This document shows positions 1 to 9,749 of a stretch of DNA of 43,462 nt, piece by piece (the stretch's first letter is position 1; each line of letters starts with the position of its first letter). The stretch is from the IMG/VR virus record IMGVR_UViG_3300037313_000819, positions 1-43,462 of that record. One strand, 5' to 3'. The DNA comes from a virus. Its lineage: Duplodnaviria > Caudoviricetes. Under the pieces are notes generated by a model, which saw only the letters and a program-made list of their open reading frames with translations, made no database searches and was not told where the DNA came from. Both the position numbers and the translations under genes were made by a program.

Positions 1-127
1 CGCATCTCCAGCGTGTATTCGCTGATGAGATCGCGGGTCACGGCGTCACCGACGCGGCCCAGTTCCTGCGGCTCGAACATGCGCAGACCCGAGACGGCGA
101 CCTTCGTGGTGTCGACCACGAACGTGT
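1..127. repeat. Terminal direct repeat identical to 43336-43462 (circular-assembly overlap)
   Basis: Exact 127-nt match between both ends; it falls inside the capsid ORF, which reads through the join. Confidence 0.95.
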
Positions 128-905
128 CGCGACCACGCTGCGTGCGGTTCGGAACAACCTTGAGGTCGCCGAAGTCCGACACATAGATCGACGCCGCACC
201 GAGGACCGTCTTGTTGTCGACGATCTGCTGCGAAGTCGTACGGCCCGTGAAGGTCGAGAACTTCTGCTTGTTGAACGACCCGACCAGCACAAGGCTGGGC
301 TCGCCGCCATCGTCGAACGCGTCCTTGATCGCGTCCTTGAGCATGTCCTCGGTCAGCGTGCGGATATCGCCCGCCGTGCCGTCCGTGGCAGCAGCAGTCG
401 CCGCAGTCGAATCCGCACCGTTCGTGCCGCGCGAGCCGTTGCCCGAAATCCAGGCATTGAACGAGCGTAGCGTGCGCGCGGTGGTCGTATTGCCGGCGGT
501 TTGGCCGGTGTTGCCGAGCAGGATGCTCTCCATGTCCTTGCGGAGCTCGAGGCTCTTCTTGGACATCTGGTAGGCCATCATGTCATCGATGCCGGCCGGA
601 TTGACCGCGCGCTGAGTACCGGTGACCGTCGCGTCCTTCGAGCTGATCTGGCAGTAGTTCTGCTTGCGGCTCGGATTGGTCGACGATGCACGGCTCAGCG
701 CGTCGCCTTCGAGGCGGGCGTTCGACGTGTTGACAGCGGCGAGCGCATCGGTGCTCCATTCGTGGAGAACCGCGGTAGCCTTGGTGCGCGGGACCGCCGA
801 CATGAACGGCGTGTCGGCCGGCGAGATGCGGTAGACCTGGTCGGCCAGATCTTCGCGGTTGGTCGTCACGTCATAGGTGGCGACCGCATTGGTAACCTTG
901 GTCAT
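1..905 (-). CDS. Major capsid protein, 5' part (DUF5309/SU10-like); continues across the join to the stop at 43290; 316 aa in total
   Basis: Manual translation from ATG 905: MTKVTNAVATYDVTTNREDLADQVYRISPADTPFMS...HEWSTD...NYCQI...KKSLELRKDME; follows scaffold gene; missing from the ORF track because it is split. Confidence 0.9.
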   Translation of the reverse strand, partial: MTKVTNAVATYDVTTNREDLADQVYRISPADTPFMSAVPRTKATAVLHEWSTDALAAVNTSNARLEGDALSRASSTNPSRKQNYCQISSKDATVTGTQRAVNPAGIDDMMAYQMSKKSLELRKDMESILLGNTGQTAGNTTTARTLRSFNAWISGNGSRGTNGADSTAATAAATDGTAGDIRTLTEDMLKDAIKDAFDDGGEPSLVLVGSFNKQKFSTFTGRTTSQQIVDNKTVLGAASIYVSDFGDLKVVPNRTQRGRDTFVVDTTKVAVSGLRMFEPQELGRVGDAVTRDLISEYTLEM

Positions 906-914
906 GGCGTATTC

Positions 915-1976
915 CTATTTCAGAAAGTGGCGGAACACGGCCGCACCGTCCTCGATGCTGCCGCTCTTCGCCAATCGACCAGCGTCCTTCTGGAATGCGC
1001 TCGCTCTCTGCGCGGAACGGGAGGTGACTACCCCGGGTCGTACGGTAGGCGTGGCGGGCTTGGGCGCGGGGGCTTCCCGCACCTTGCCCTTGGCTGCCTG
1101 TAGCTGGTCGTAGCGCCGCGCCTTTTCGAGGATCAGCAACTCCGCCGACGTGATCGACGATGCTGCTTTCGGGTCCTCGAACAGCGACTGCTCGATGCCG
1201 TTGGCGACCGCATATTCAACGAGGTCCTGGATCGCCTTTCCACCCTTCGCAGGGTCGGTGACGTCAGGAACAAGCTCGATGAACTTCGGCTTCCATGCCT
1301 CCTCGATCGTCGCGCGTGCAGCCTGTGCCGCCTGTTCCATCTCTGCCGTCTGCTGGGCGGAAATCGCTTCCCGCTGCTGGCGAAGTTGGTCCAGGATCGT
1401 GCTCTGCTGCTCATATTCCACAAGAGCGAGGTCGTAAGCTTCCCGGTTATAGGCCCCCGTCCCTGCGCCATAAGCGCGCGGGTCCGGACGCTGCGGGGTG
1501 ATGAGCGAGGTGACCTCGTCCAACAGCGCCGCATACTGGTTGCGATTGGCATTTGCCTCGGTAAGCTGGCCTTCGACGGCCCGGCGCACGTTGGCGGCTT
1601 CCTGGAACTTCTGATTTACGGCCTTTTCCCGCTCTCCCTCGCGTGCGGCGATCTTCGCCTGCGCTTCGGGTGGGAGCGATTGCCAAAGGTCGGCATCTTC
1701 CTTGCTCCATGACGGCGGCAGGTCGGCGGCTTCGGGCTGGGCCTCTTCGGCTGCCTCCGGCTCGTCTTCCTGTTCGTCGTCATTCTCGGCGGGAGGCAAT
1801 TCTGCCTCCGCTTCGATCTCTTCTACCGACTCGGCATCGCTCGCGAACCGTCCGCGGTCATCGCGGGGGCGCTCGATAGGCTGTTCGGTCGTGAATGCTT
1901 TGAACGCGTCTGCCGCGGTCTGGAGTTGGACGTTAGGGTCCGTTTCCGCTGCCATAGGCTGGGCGGTGTCTACCAT
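915..1976 (-). CDS. Capsid scaffolding protein
   Basis: Acidic N-terminus, coiled-coil core, basic C-terminus; directly upstream of capsid gene. Confidence 0.8.
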   Translation of the reverse strand: MVDTAQPMAAETDPNVQLQTAADAFKAFTTEQPIERPRDDRGRFASDAESVEEIEAEAELPPAENDDEQEDEPEAAEEAQPEAADLPPSWSKEDADLWQSLPPEAQAKIAAREGEREKAVNQKFQEAANVRRAVEGQLTEANANRNQYAALLDEVTSLITPQRPDPRAYGAGTGAYNREAYDLALVEYEQQSTILDQLRQQREAISAQQTAEMEQAAQAARATIEEAWKPKFIELVPDVTDPAKGGKAIQDLVEYAVANGIEQSLFEDPKAASSITSAELLILEKARRYDQLQAAKGKVREAPAPKPATPTVRPGVVTSRSAQRASAFQKDAGRLAKSGSIEDGAAVFRHFLK

Positions 1977-2168
1977 TTGTCACCTGTCATTGATGCTCGT
2001 TGCCCACGAGCGGGGATTGCTCTAAACTGCTGAGATGCACATTCTTCAGAAGCCTGGCGCGAGATTGGTCGCGGTTCATGAGCATCGGAACGGTCGCTGG
2101 GTCAGGTTATGGCCAAAGCCAGGGAAGGCGCCTTCGTTCTTTAGCGCGATCATGAAACATCTCTTTCG

Positions 2169-2390
2169 CTAGTTGCGCGGCGCTTGACCAGCGGTGCTGG
2201 CGAGCTTAGACCGCACGCGGTTCAGTGCCCGAAGTTCAGCGTGAAGACGTTCGCGGGTGCGCGGCCAGCGGGCAGCGGCCCAAGCCGCATGAATGTCAGC
2301 TTCGCACGCCTCGAATGCTTCCTTGAGCGCGCCATCCTCCAGTGCGATACGAGCGCGGAAGCCGGCGTCGCGGCGTTGTTCGGGGCTCAT
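2169..2390 (-). CDS. Small conserved head-module protein
   Basis: 73 aa, coupled to portal stop; typical position between portal and scaffold. Confidence 0.7.
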   Translation of the reverse strand: MSPEQRRDAGFRARIALEDGALKEAFEACEADIHAAWAAARWPRTRERLHAELRALNRVRSKLASTAGQAPRN

Positions 2391-4513
2391 TTGTCTAAAT
2401 CCCCACCCGGCCGGTTCTTCGAAAGCGCCTGCGTCTCGGCGATCTTCGCCTTGCGCTCCGCCATGCTCTCTTCCATCGTCATGCGGCGCTCGGCGAGCTG
2501 CATTTCCATGTCCTGCTGCTGCTGGGCCAGCTCAAGCTCCACAGCGGCCTTCTCGCGGGCCAATTGTGCCTCGGCGGCGGCCTGTTCGCGCGCAAGCTGG
2601 ATCTTCGCCGCGCCTTCTTGCTGCATGAACTCAAGCTTGGCCGCCTGTGCCTGCTGCTCACCCTGGAGCTTGATCGCCGCGATCTGCTGTTCGCCCTTGA
2701 CCTTCTCCATGGCCGGATCGGGCTGCGGCTCCTGTGGCTCCTGCGCCTCGGGGCCGGTCACATAGTCGTCAACGTTCTTCACGCCCACGGCACGGACAAA
2801 CCGCTTGAACGCCTTGTAGGCATTGTCCGGCGTGATCATCGACCCGAACTGCGTCTCGGCAGCGTTCGCCATCGCCTCGAGCAATGCCTGCGCCTGCGCC
2901 AGATTCTCCGTCTTGTTGCCGAGCCCGAGCCCGACATTGACGGTCAGATCCAGGTTGGGATTCCAGCCCCGTGGATCAACTGGCACCCATTCATTCCGCA
3001 GCCGGATCATCCTCTCTTTCGGCTGATGCTTGACCAACAGCGAGAGGATGAGCTTCATCATGCGCTTGACGCCTGTCTCGGCGAAGATGCGCGCGATCAT
3101 CTCGGCCCGGGCGTTCTGCTTGTCCTCGATCTGCGCCGACTGCGTGGCGGTCATCACCTTGGACTTGTTGATCGCGTCCGGATCGAGACCATTGCCGAGC
3201 GACTGGAAGCCCGTGCGCGCCGAGCGCTTCTGCTCGACCAGCTGCATCATCGGGAACGACTTGTCCGCGACGAACGGGACAGCCTCGAACCTGATTTCGC
3301 TGCGCCCCTCATAGATCGCGGCACCGGGTGCGGAATCGGCAAGGCTGTCGATCGTCGAGCCGTCCGACCGCTCGGCACCTTCAGGGATCACAGGGCGGGG
3401 ATTGTTCGACTTGTAGAGATTGTCCAGCGTCTGGCGCCAAAGCACCGTCTCGATGCGTTGCAGATCCATGGCATCATCTGCGAGGCTGACCCCGATGACC
3501 TTGTGCGGCATCGGCTTGGGGCACAGCAGCGCGAACGGGTTGTCTTCGGTCTCCTCGTTCAGCAGGATCACGTCTTCAACGCGGTGGATCTTGCGCAGCT
3601 CGGCGATACCGTCGCCGTTATAGTCGACCCGCACATACTCTTCGCGGAACCCGACCACTTCCTGGCTCGGATGCGGCGCGCCTATCTGCTGCTCGGTGCC
3701 GCCGTAATTCTCGTCCTTGTAGCGGGCATTGCGCCGGCCTTCCTCGCCACCCGTCCCGCTCCAGGTCGGCAGCGCGTAGACGATCTCCGGATCATAGCCC
3801 ATCTCAACCAGATCGGAGCGCGTCGTATTCGTCGGTGCATGCGCCGAATAGGGCGCCTCCTCCACCGATCGAGCGAAGGGGCTGATCTTGAACTCTTCCG
3901 GCGGGATGACATCAATCACCACACGCCCATCAGGATCGTTCAGCGTGACGGTGTACGTGCCGTCGCCGTTATCCTCCTCGCCCTGATACTGCTCGTGCTG
4001 GCGAGCCTCGAGCAGCCCCATGTCGTCCACCAGCGCCTGCTTCGTGCCGGGCTTGTCACGCCAATAGGTCTTGGTGATGCCGATCTTGTTGAGGAAGGCA
4101 TCCTTGAACCAGTTGTGGAAGATGATGAAGCCGGGGTTGTCGCAGTGCAGGACGTAGTTGACATATTCCGTCGCTTGCTCGGCCTGCTCCTCATCCTCCG
4201 GACCGACCGGGCTGAACGATGCGAACTCTTCCGCTGATACGAACGGCTTGAGAACCTCAGCCATCGCATCGTCGACCGTGACCTGCACCGTGTCGGCGAC
4301 AACCGAACTCGTTCCCGCCTGCGCCGGCAGATCGGGCATGCGGCGGTAATAGTAATTGATCGCCTGCTCTTGCTGGGCAGCGATCTCCCCATATTCCTCG
4401 CCGACGGCCTGGCTGGCGAATTGGCCAAGCAGCGAAGCCAGCTCATCGTCGGTCATGCCTTCCCCGTCCGCCGACATGTCACCGGCGAAGTCAGAGAGCA
4501 GTTGGGTTGCCAT
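2387..4513 (-). CDS. Portal protein (P22-like, long C-terminal coiled-coil barrel)
   Basis: 708 aa after TerL; AEQATEYVNY, WFKDAF..KIG, DYNGDGIAELR motifs; Q/E/A-rich C-terminus. Confidence 0.9.
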   Translation of the reverse strand: MATQLLSDFAGDMSADGEGMTDDELASLLGQFASQAVGEEYGEIAAQQEQAINYYYRRMPDLPAQAGTSSVVADTVQVTVDDAMAEVLKPFVSAEEFASFSPVGPEDEEQAEQATEYVNYVLHCDNPGFIIFHNWFKDAFLNKIGITKTYWRDKPGTKQALVDDMGLLEARQHEQYQGEEDNGDGTYTVTLNDPDGRVVIDVIPPEEFKISPFARSVEEAPYSAHAPTNTTRSDLVEMGYDPEIVYALPTWSGTGGEEGRRNARYKDENYGGTEQQIGAPHPSQEVVGFREEYVRVDYNGDGIAELRKIHRVEDVILLNEETEDNPFALLCPKPMPHKVIGVSLADDAMDLQRIETVLWRQTLDNLYKSNNPRPVIPEGAERSDGSTIDSLADSAPGAAIYEGRSEIRFEAVPFVADKSFPMMQLVEQKRSARTGFQSLGNGLDPDAINKSKVMTATQSAQIEDKQNARAEMIARIFAETGVKRMMKLILSLLVKHQPKERMIRLRNEWVPVDPRGWNPNLDLTVNVGLGLGNKTENLAQAQALLEAMANAAETQFGSMITPDNAYKAFKRFVRAVGVKNVDDYVTGPEAQEPQEPQPDPAMEKVKGEQQIAAIKLQGEQQAQAAKLEFMQQEGAAKIQLAREQAAAEAQLAREKAAVELELAQQQQDMEMQLAERRMTMEESMAERKAKIAETQALSKNRPGGDLDK

Positions 4514-4710
4514 TACTTCGAGAGAACCTCGATCATGCGAAGGATGCCGCTCTCGGTCGGCCAGCGCGAAAGCTCACCCCATTCCTCGGGATGCTCGTCC
4601 TTAAAGCGTGCCATGATGACGGCAAGCGCCCCCTCTTCGGGAGTGGCTGTAGGCGTGGCCGACGCGACATGCGCGGCACCCTCCACACGGGCTTTGCGTC
4701 CTCGTGTCAT
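4513..4710 (-). CDS. Hypothetical protein
   Basis: 65 aa, start/stop overlaps with terL and portal. Confidence 0.6.
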   Translation of the reverse strand: MTRGRKARVEGAAHVASATPTATPEEGALAVIMARFKDEHPEEWGELSRWPTESGILRMIEVLSK

Positions 4711-5975
4711 ACGATACCGCTCCTCATTCCGATCTTGGGCCGACGGGTTGGCGATGATGGCGTGTGCCCGACCGCGAAATACCGCGCTGCGTCCGCATAA
4801 TGACTCGTCCAGTCGTGCAGCGGCGCCTGGCGGAACTCTTGCCGCTTCTCGTCATAGTCGCGGCGGTACATCCGCAACGCCTCGATCCCGTCCTTGCACT
4901 TGTCCTTGTCGAACCAGCATGTCGGCAGCAGCATGCGCACCGACTGGATGCCGTCCGCAATCGGCAGGTTAGGACACACCGTCACGTTGTTGACGCCCAG
5001 CCCGTTCAAAACCTCGAGCCTGGACTTGCCCGTCCCCAGCTCGCGCACCTCGATATCGTGCGGCAGATAGTGCGTGCCGTAGAGGTAATTGCGCTCCTGA
5101 AGCTTCCTGGCGTACCAGTCGAGCCCGACGCCCTCGCCCTTCAGCACGTCGATGAACCGCGTTTCCCGGCCCATCGTCTGGATGAACCAGATCACCGTCG
5201 AGTCAGCGACACCAAGATCCCATGCGGTGTGCACCAGCAACCGGGGATCATAGGGCACCGACGTAATCCGCGGCGTTTCCTCATTCTCCGCCGCGTTCAT
5301 TTCCTGCGCGTAATATGCGCCTCGTACCGCAGCATCGAAGCTGCATTCATATTCCTGAGCGTACTCATCGTCGCTCATCATCTTGCGGGCGTCGGCAAGC
5401 TCCTTGTCGTCGAGCAGGCCAGTTTCTGAGGCACGCAGCATAAGCCGCGTCCAGTCCGGATCGTCCTCAGCGGCAACCCAGAGCTTATGAAACGTGTTCT
5501 TGCCCTTTGGCGTGCCGATGAAGCACGCCCATCCCTTGCGATCCGATAGCGCCGGCCTGATCACCTGCGACCAGATTGTCGGGTCCATGTCGCCGAACTC
5601 GTCCAGCACCGCACCGTCGAGATAGATGCCCCGAAGCCGATCGGGATTGTCCGCGCCGTAGATCCGAATGCGAGCACCGCCCGGAAGCTCTACCCAAAGC
5701 TCGCTCTCGTTGATCTTCATGCCCGGGATGAAGGCCGTGTACTCCTTCAGGTAGACCCAGGCGATGTCCTTGGCCTGATTGAGCTGAGGTGCGATGTATG
5801 CGAACCGAGGGTTTGGCAGCGGGCACTTGGTTGCCCCGATCACCAACTCGTTAATATCAGCGACGGTCTTTCCTGCCCGCCTGTGCGCTACGCCAATGAA
5901 CCAGCGGGTATCTCGTGCATGAAGCGGTCGGAACTGATCACGCACCTCATAGGGCGATACCAGCTCAACCGTCAT
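4707..5975 (-). CDS. terL: Terminase large subunit
   Basis: Walker A HRRAGKT, LRGIYLDGAVLDE Walker B, IGTPKG, nuclease WDLG..DST and HDWTSHYADA. Confidence 0.95.
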   Translation of the reverse strand: MTVELVSPYEVRDQFRPLHARDTRWFIGVAHRRAGKTVADINELVIGATKCPLPNPRFAYIAPQLNQAKDIAWVYLKEYTAFIPGMKINESELWVELPGGARIRIYGADNPDRLRGIYLDGAVLDEFGDMDPTIWSQVIRPALSDRKGWACFIGTPKGKNTFHKLWVAAEDDPDWTRLMLRASETGLLDDKELADARKMMSDDEYAQEYECSFDAAVRGAYYAQEMNAAENEETPRITSVPYDPRLLVHTAWDLGVADSTVIWFIQTMGRETRFIDVLKGEGVGLDWYARKLQERNYLYGTHYLPHDIEVRELGTGKSRLEVLNGLGVNNVTVCPNLPIADGIQSVRMLLPTCWFDKDKCKDGIEALRMYRRDYDEKRQEFRQAPLHDWTSHYADAARYFAVGHTPSSPTRRPKIGMRSGIV

Positions 5976-6255
5976 TCAAGCCCTTGAAGACCACGCGGGC
6001 AACGATCTCGCCTTTGTGCTCAGCATCTACTTGCAGCGGTAGAACCTTGCCTACCAACGTGAGGAAGGCGGTGGGGTTGTCGTCCGCCTGCGTGACGAGG
6101 TAATCGATGCCGCCAGCGCGATCCAATGCGTTGAGGATCATATCCTTCAATGCGCCAGTGAGCTTATTCGGGGTGCCGGCCTTACGACCACCACGGCGCT
6201 CCCCGGGCTTTGAGCCTCGGTTGCTACGTTTCCCTACTTTAGCCGTCTCGGCCAT
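5965..6255 (-). CDS. terS: Terminase small subunit
   Basis: GGRKAGTPNK motif, FLTLVGKVLP; overlaps terL start. Confidence 0.8.
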   Translation of the reverse strand: MAETAKVGKRSNRGSKPGERRGGRKAGTPNKLTGALKDMILNALDRAGGIDYLVTQADDNPTAFLTLVGKVLPLQVDAEHKGEIVARVVFKGLNDG

Positions 6256-6511
6256 GTCGCCTCCCTCCGTTTCAGCTCCCTTGCAGGTGGGCTGTGTCCG
6301 GGTTGCTGAAGTGTCGCGTTCACATGCTTAGCGCTCAATGCCGCCGAAGCGGAGAGCCGCGCGGTTTACCCAATCGGGAGCATGAGCATTTCAGCCGCCG
6401 CGATGGTCGGCTGGTGGAGACTGCGGCTCTGTCGAACTTGCCCGCCCGGCGCGGCTTCGCATCGCTTGTGCTTCAATGCATCGATGGAGTGGGGTCCGGG
6501 CGGGATGCGCC

Positions 6512-6550
6512 AACAAGAAACGGCCCGGAAGCTTTCGCCTCGGGCCGTTC
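6512..6550 (-). terminator. tR'-like intrinsic terminator in late leader
   Basis: Stem AACGGCCCG...CGGGCCGTT with inner GAAA loop, followed by TCTTGTT on the minus strand. Confidence 0.65.
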
Positions 6551-6580
6551 TATGCGTTGGACGCAATTCCAAATATCGTC

Positions 6581-6612
6581 CTTTCGATACTCGAAAGTTC
6601 CCGAATCGTCAA
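6581..6612 (-). promoter_or_regulatory. pR'-like late promoter with palindrome over the -10 region
   Basis: TTGACG (6612-6607), 17-nt spacer, TATCGA; palindrome CTTTCGA-TAC-TCGAAAG at 6581-6597. Confidence 0.55.
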
Positions 6613-7136
6613 TAGCCTAGATACCGACATAACTCCTCTAGGGCGTTACGAATTTTCGTGACGCTGTGATGATGCGCCCGGCCACCATATCGTGGCAGCG
6701 TGTCGTGGATCAGCAGGCGGTCCATGTAGCCCTGAAGCTCTTGCGGCCACTGTGCGCGCATGTCCCGAAGATGCTGGCGAGCCGAAGCCGCTGCCTCCTG
6801 CCGCGGCAGCCCATAACCGAACGTGCCAGGCCCCTCCCCCGGATTGGAACGTTCGCCATAGCAGGCCACCACGGACAGCGAGAATTTCGCGCTGTGGTGC
6901 GTGTTGCGGTAGTGATCGCCGGCCAGCCACTGGCGATAGGTGACAATCCCGGATTTCTTCCAGCGATCGAGCTGCGACACCGTGAACTGCCGAGCCTTTC
7001 CGCGGCGCTCGGTAGCGCTCAGGATCGCGGCGGCTACAATCTCGCTGTCGTCGTTCTTCGCCAGTCGCTCTGGCGTAGCATCGAAGCCTGTCACGACATT
7101 CGCCGGCAGATCTCGTACTCGTGTTGCCTTGCCCAT
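6609..7136 (-). CDS. Putative late-gene regulator (Q-like antiterminator position)
   Basis: Last gene of the pR operon, directly followed by promoter plus terminator; function inferred from synteny. Confidence 0.55.
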   Translation of the reverse strand: MGKATRVRDLPANVVTGFDATPERLAKNDDSEIVAAAILSATERRGKARQFTVSQLDRWKKSGIVTYRQWLAGDHYRNTHHSAKFSLSVVACYGERSNPGEGPGTFGYGLPRQEAAASARQHLRDMRAQWPQELQGYMDRLLIHDTLPRYGGRAHHHSVTKIRNALEELCRYLGY

Positions 7137-7159
7137 GATAACCCCGCCCCAGTGTGTGC

Positions 7160-7324
7160 TCAGATTGCGATCGTCGGAAACTGCCGCAGGACCCAGATGA
7201 CCAGCGCAACGATGGCGACTACCTGGATGATCTTCTTCACAGTCGCGTCGATCGGCGCGTACTGAACGATCGCCAGCGCACCGCCGAAAAGGAGGAGCGC
7301 GATGAAGAGTGCCGTGAGGTTCAT
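7160..7324 (-). CDS. Small two-TM membrane protein (resembles Thivi_2564 family)
   Basis: Manual: MNLTALFIALLLFGGALAIVQYAPIDATVKKIIQVVAIVALVIWVLRQFPTIAI; strong SD AAGGAG. Confidence 0.75.
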   Translation of the reverse strand: MNLTALFIALLLFGGALAIVQYAPIDATVKKIIQVVAIVALVIWVLRQFPTIAI

Positions 7325-7364
7325 GTGTTCTCTCCTTGGGTGGTGTTGATATTGCTGGATATTT

Positions 7365-7922
7365 TCATGCTGCCAGCCCGAACTTCTTGCGGATCAGTTC
7401 CATCTCCGCTTGCTGTGCGGCGGTCATCGGCTCCTCCGCTTCCGATGCGCGGTATTCCGCATCATGCTTGGCGATGAGGTGCTTGATGCGAGCGAGGCGG
7501 AAAGCCCGAAGCGACATCTCCGTGCTGCGCTCGCGCAGATCCTTGACTGTCGGGAAGAACTGGCAGGTCCGGATTGCATCGCGGCAGGCGTTGGCCAGCA
7601 CATCGGGCGGAATGTCGGCCAGCCCGTCGCGGTACAGGCGATGGCGGGTTGTGGCCTCCTCGTCCGTGCTCTTGCCGCCTGGAAATGCCACGGCCAGCAT
7701 GGTGATCGACTTGCCGATGTAATCCGGTGTCGCCGGGGTCAGCGCAGCCTCGTATTGCGGGACCAGCTCAGCCAACGCGGCGCGCTCTGCCGGCGAGATC
7801 ACCCGCTGGTAGTGCGGATGGGTCTCATCGACCAGCTTAGCCAGTTCCGAACTCTGCGAGGCCAACGCGGAACATGGCGTTCTGCGGCTCATTTCGGTGG
7901 TCGTTTGCAGGTCGTTTGCCAT
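7365..7922 (-). CDS. Replication accessory protein (putative helicase loader)
   Basis: Follows initiator; L.DIP.DVL..AC..AIRTC.FFPTV.DL pattern. Confidence 0.55.
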   Translation of the reverse strand: MANDLQTTTEMSRRTPCSALASQSSELAKLVDETHPHYQRVISPAERAALAELVPQYEAALTPATPDYIGKSITMLAVAFPGGKSTDEEATTRHRLYRDGLADIPPDVLANACRDAIRTCQFFPTVKDLRERSTEMSLRAFRLARIKHLIAKHDAEYRASEAEEPMTAAQQAEMELIRKKFGLAA

Positions 7923-8502
7923 TGAAGCGTTTCCCTAATTTGACCCAGGTCCTCCATGAGGCTTGCCAGCAGGCGCTCGTGTCCTGCTTGGCGGTGTGGT
8001 GGTCGATGAAATGTTCGACCTGTTCCTCAAGCTCTCCGGGCGGCCAAGCGGCCATGGCCTTGCCAGTGCGACTGTCCGCCTCGACCAGCGGCCTGAAATC
8101 ATTGGGGATGATGGTCTTCGGCTTTGCGCGCGCTTTCGAAGAAGGCGTAGCCTTCTGAGAATTGGTGTTTCTTGATGGTTTGGGTGCCAAATTGGCAGGG
8201 GGTTTGGTCTGTTTTGGCACCTCTGCCGATTTGTCAGGGGTGCCATTTTGGCCGGGGTGGATATGGTATTGGGTGCTCGTCCCGTCCCGGAGATAGCGGG
8301 TCAGGTGGCCCTTCTCTTCGAGGTCCGCGAGCAGCCGGCGAACGGTGCGCTCGCCCTGCCCAGATTTCTTCCCAATGGAGGCGACGGACGGCCAGCACTG
8401 GCGACCTTCGTCATTCGCCTGATCAGCCAGCGCGAGCAGAACCAGCTTCTCGCCGGGGGCAAGGTCTAGTTCCCATACGGCTGACATCAGGCGAATGCTC
8501 AC
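7837..8502 (-). CDS. Replication initiator with N-terminal HTH (lambda O-like)
   Basis: KLVLLALADQAN.EG.CWPS...I....G..ERTVRR.L..LE motif; internal iterons. Confidence 0.85.
   Translation of the reverse strand: MSIRLMSAVWELDLAPGEKLVLLALADQANDEGRQCWPSVASIGKKSGQGERTVRRLLADLEEKGHLTRYLRDGTSTQYHIHPGQNGTPDKSAEVPKQTKPPANLAPKPSRNTNSQKATPSSKARAKPKTIIPNDFRPLVEADSRTGKAMAAWPPGELEEQVEHFIDHHTAKQDTSACWQASWRTWVKLGKRFNGKRPANDHRNEPQNAMFRVGLAEFGTG
8185..8257. promoter_or_regulatory. Replication origin iterons inside initiator gene
   Basis: TGCCAAATTGGCAGGGG (8185), TGCCGATTTGTCAGGGG (8224), TGCCATTTTGGCCGGGG (8241). Confidence 0.7.
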
Positions 8503-8900
8503 AGGGCGATAACCCGCACATGAAGGCCCGGGGTACCGCCATAGACCTTGAGGACGCGCATAGATGCGACCTGGCTGTCATCGGCCCAACAGACGCCGTT
8601 CAGGCCGTCGCCAAGGGCTTTGACGATGTTGTCGGCATCGGGGCGGCTGGTGTGCCAGTGGGCAGCGTTCTGACGCTTCTTCGACCAGCTTGGCGGGATA
8701 GCGAAGATCGCCGTGGCCTCGATAGCAACAGGGCCGTCATAAGGCGGCGCGCTGTCCATGGCCTGTTGCCCTGCCAGCGCGATCAGGCCCTCATAAGCCA
8801 CCGTCTTGGCCGGGGTGTAGGCGCGCGCGAAGCCGCCCCGCGTGGAAATGCGGGAGCGGCCCTTCGCTATGGGTTGTCCAGGCACGACGAAGCTGATCAT
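8499..8900 (-). CDS. rusA: RusA-family Holliday junction resolvase
   Basis: PG.P..KGR.R, PDADNIVK..GDGLNG.CWADDSQV. Confidence 0.9.
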   Translation of the reverse strand: MISFVVPGQPIAKGRSRISTRGGFARAYTPAKTVAYEGLIALAGQQAMDSAPPYDGPVAIEATAIFAIPPSWSKKRQNAAHWHTSRPDADNIVKALGDGLNGVCWADDSQVASMRVLKVYGGTPGLHVRVIAL

Positions 8901-9268
8901 GCGGCAAGACCAACCGAGCGACAGATGGTGACGAATTGATCAGGGCAGGTGATCCAGTGCTTGCCGGTCTCGAGGTGCCGGCGCAGAAGTTCACGCGAAG
9001 CGCGGCCTTCCGGAGTCTCGGTCGTTATGGGCTGCTCGGGCAGCTGCGCCGCGATCCCTTCCCATGTCACCGGCCGGACGACATACCCCTTCGCGCGTCC
9101 GGGCGGCTTGTAGATGCCGAGCGCCTTGCGACGCTGCGCCAGCTTGCTATGCACAGCGTCTTCTGTCCGGTCGGGGAACAGGTGCATGCATTCCGCCGCT
9201 GACAACCCAGCTCGGGCGCAGCCGTCGAGCATGCTGGTTTCAATTTCGGTCCAGGGATTGCCCTTCAT
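8897..9268 (-). CDS. Hypothetical protein (Myb/SANT-like N-terminus)
   Basis: WT..E...L...FP.RT..AV..K pattern; coupled to neighbours. Confidence 0.6.
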   Translation of the reverse strand: MKGNPWTEIETSMLDGCARAGLSAAECMHLFPDRTEDAVHSKLAQRRKALGIYKPPGRAKGYVVRPVTWEGIAAQLPEQPITTETPEGRASRELLRRHLETGKHWITCPDQFVTICRSVGLAA

Positions 9269-9423
9269 GCTCCAGCTCTCCGGGTCTTCCAGCCTTTGCG
9301 GGCTGCGGCGCGACGAGCGGCGTAGAGCTGGATATTGGGCCGCGCGCGAGTCTGCGCGACAATCTCGGCTAGGCGACGGCGTGCCTTGCGCTCACGAAAC
9401 TTGCGGAGGAACTTGGTCAGCAT
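9265..9423 (-). CDS. Small basic hypothetical protein (52 aa)
   Basis: Manual: MLTKFLRKFRERKARRRLAEIV...KGWKTRRAGA; fills the gap with overlapping start/stop. Confidence 0.55.
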   Translation of the reverse strand: MLTKFLRKFRERKARRRLAEIVAQTRARPNIQLYAARRAAARKGWKTRRAGA

Positions 9424-9749
9424 GCCTGCTCTCCCAGATCGTTCCGGATCTTCCGCCAGAGCTGCCAGACCCAGCCATCAGCAACCCCGTTCGATGCGCC
9501 CCAGCCGCTGATCGACCCGCCCTCTGCGACATGCTCGGCGAGCGAGGCCTTCTGCGCCTCCACCTTCGCGCGAGCGGCGACGGTGTTCGTGGGCGACGTA
9601 CGCTTGGTCGGGCGGTAAACACCGGCTCTGGTCAGTGCCATGCGAACGGCGGGGAGCTTCGCTCCGAAAGCCTGCGCGATCTGATCAACGGGAATGCCGC
9701 GACTGTACATTGCCACCATGCGCGAGTGGCGAGCGCCACTGGGATTCAT
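9417..9749 (-). CDS. Putative HTH DNA-binding protein
   Basis: MY..G....QIA..FG.....VR..L.RAGV pattern. Confidence 0.6.
   Translation of the reverse strand: MNPSGARHSRMVAMYSRGIPVDQIAQAFGAKLPAVRMALTRAGVYRPTKRTSPTNTVAARAKVEAQKASLAEHVAEGGSISGWGASNGVADGWVWQLWRKIRNDLGEQAC

Noticed and set aside
1977-2168. Gene or ncRNA between scaffold and upstream ORF
   Set aside because: Only very short ORFs and one small hairpin; nothing supportable
2564-4237. 557-aa plus-strand ORF
   Set aside because: Antisense shadow of the portal gene, typical of GC-rich coding DNA
9271-9332. Inverted repeat TCCAGCTCT/AGAGCTGGA as a further element copy
   Set aside because: Lacks the family fold; lies in a small ORF and may be chance
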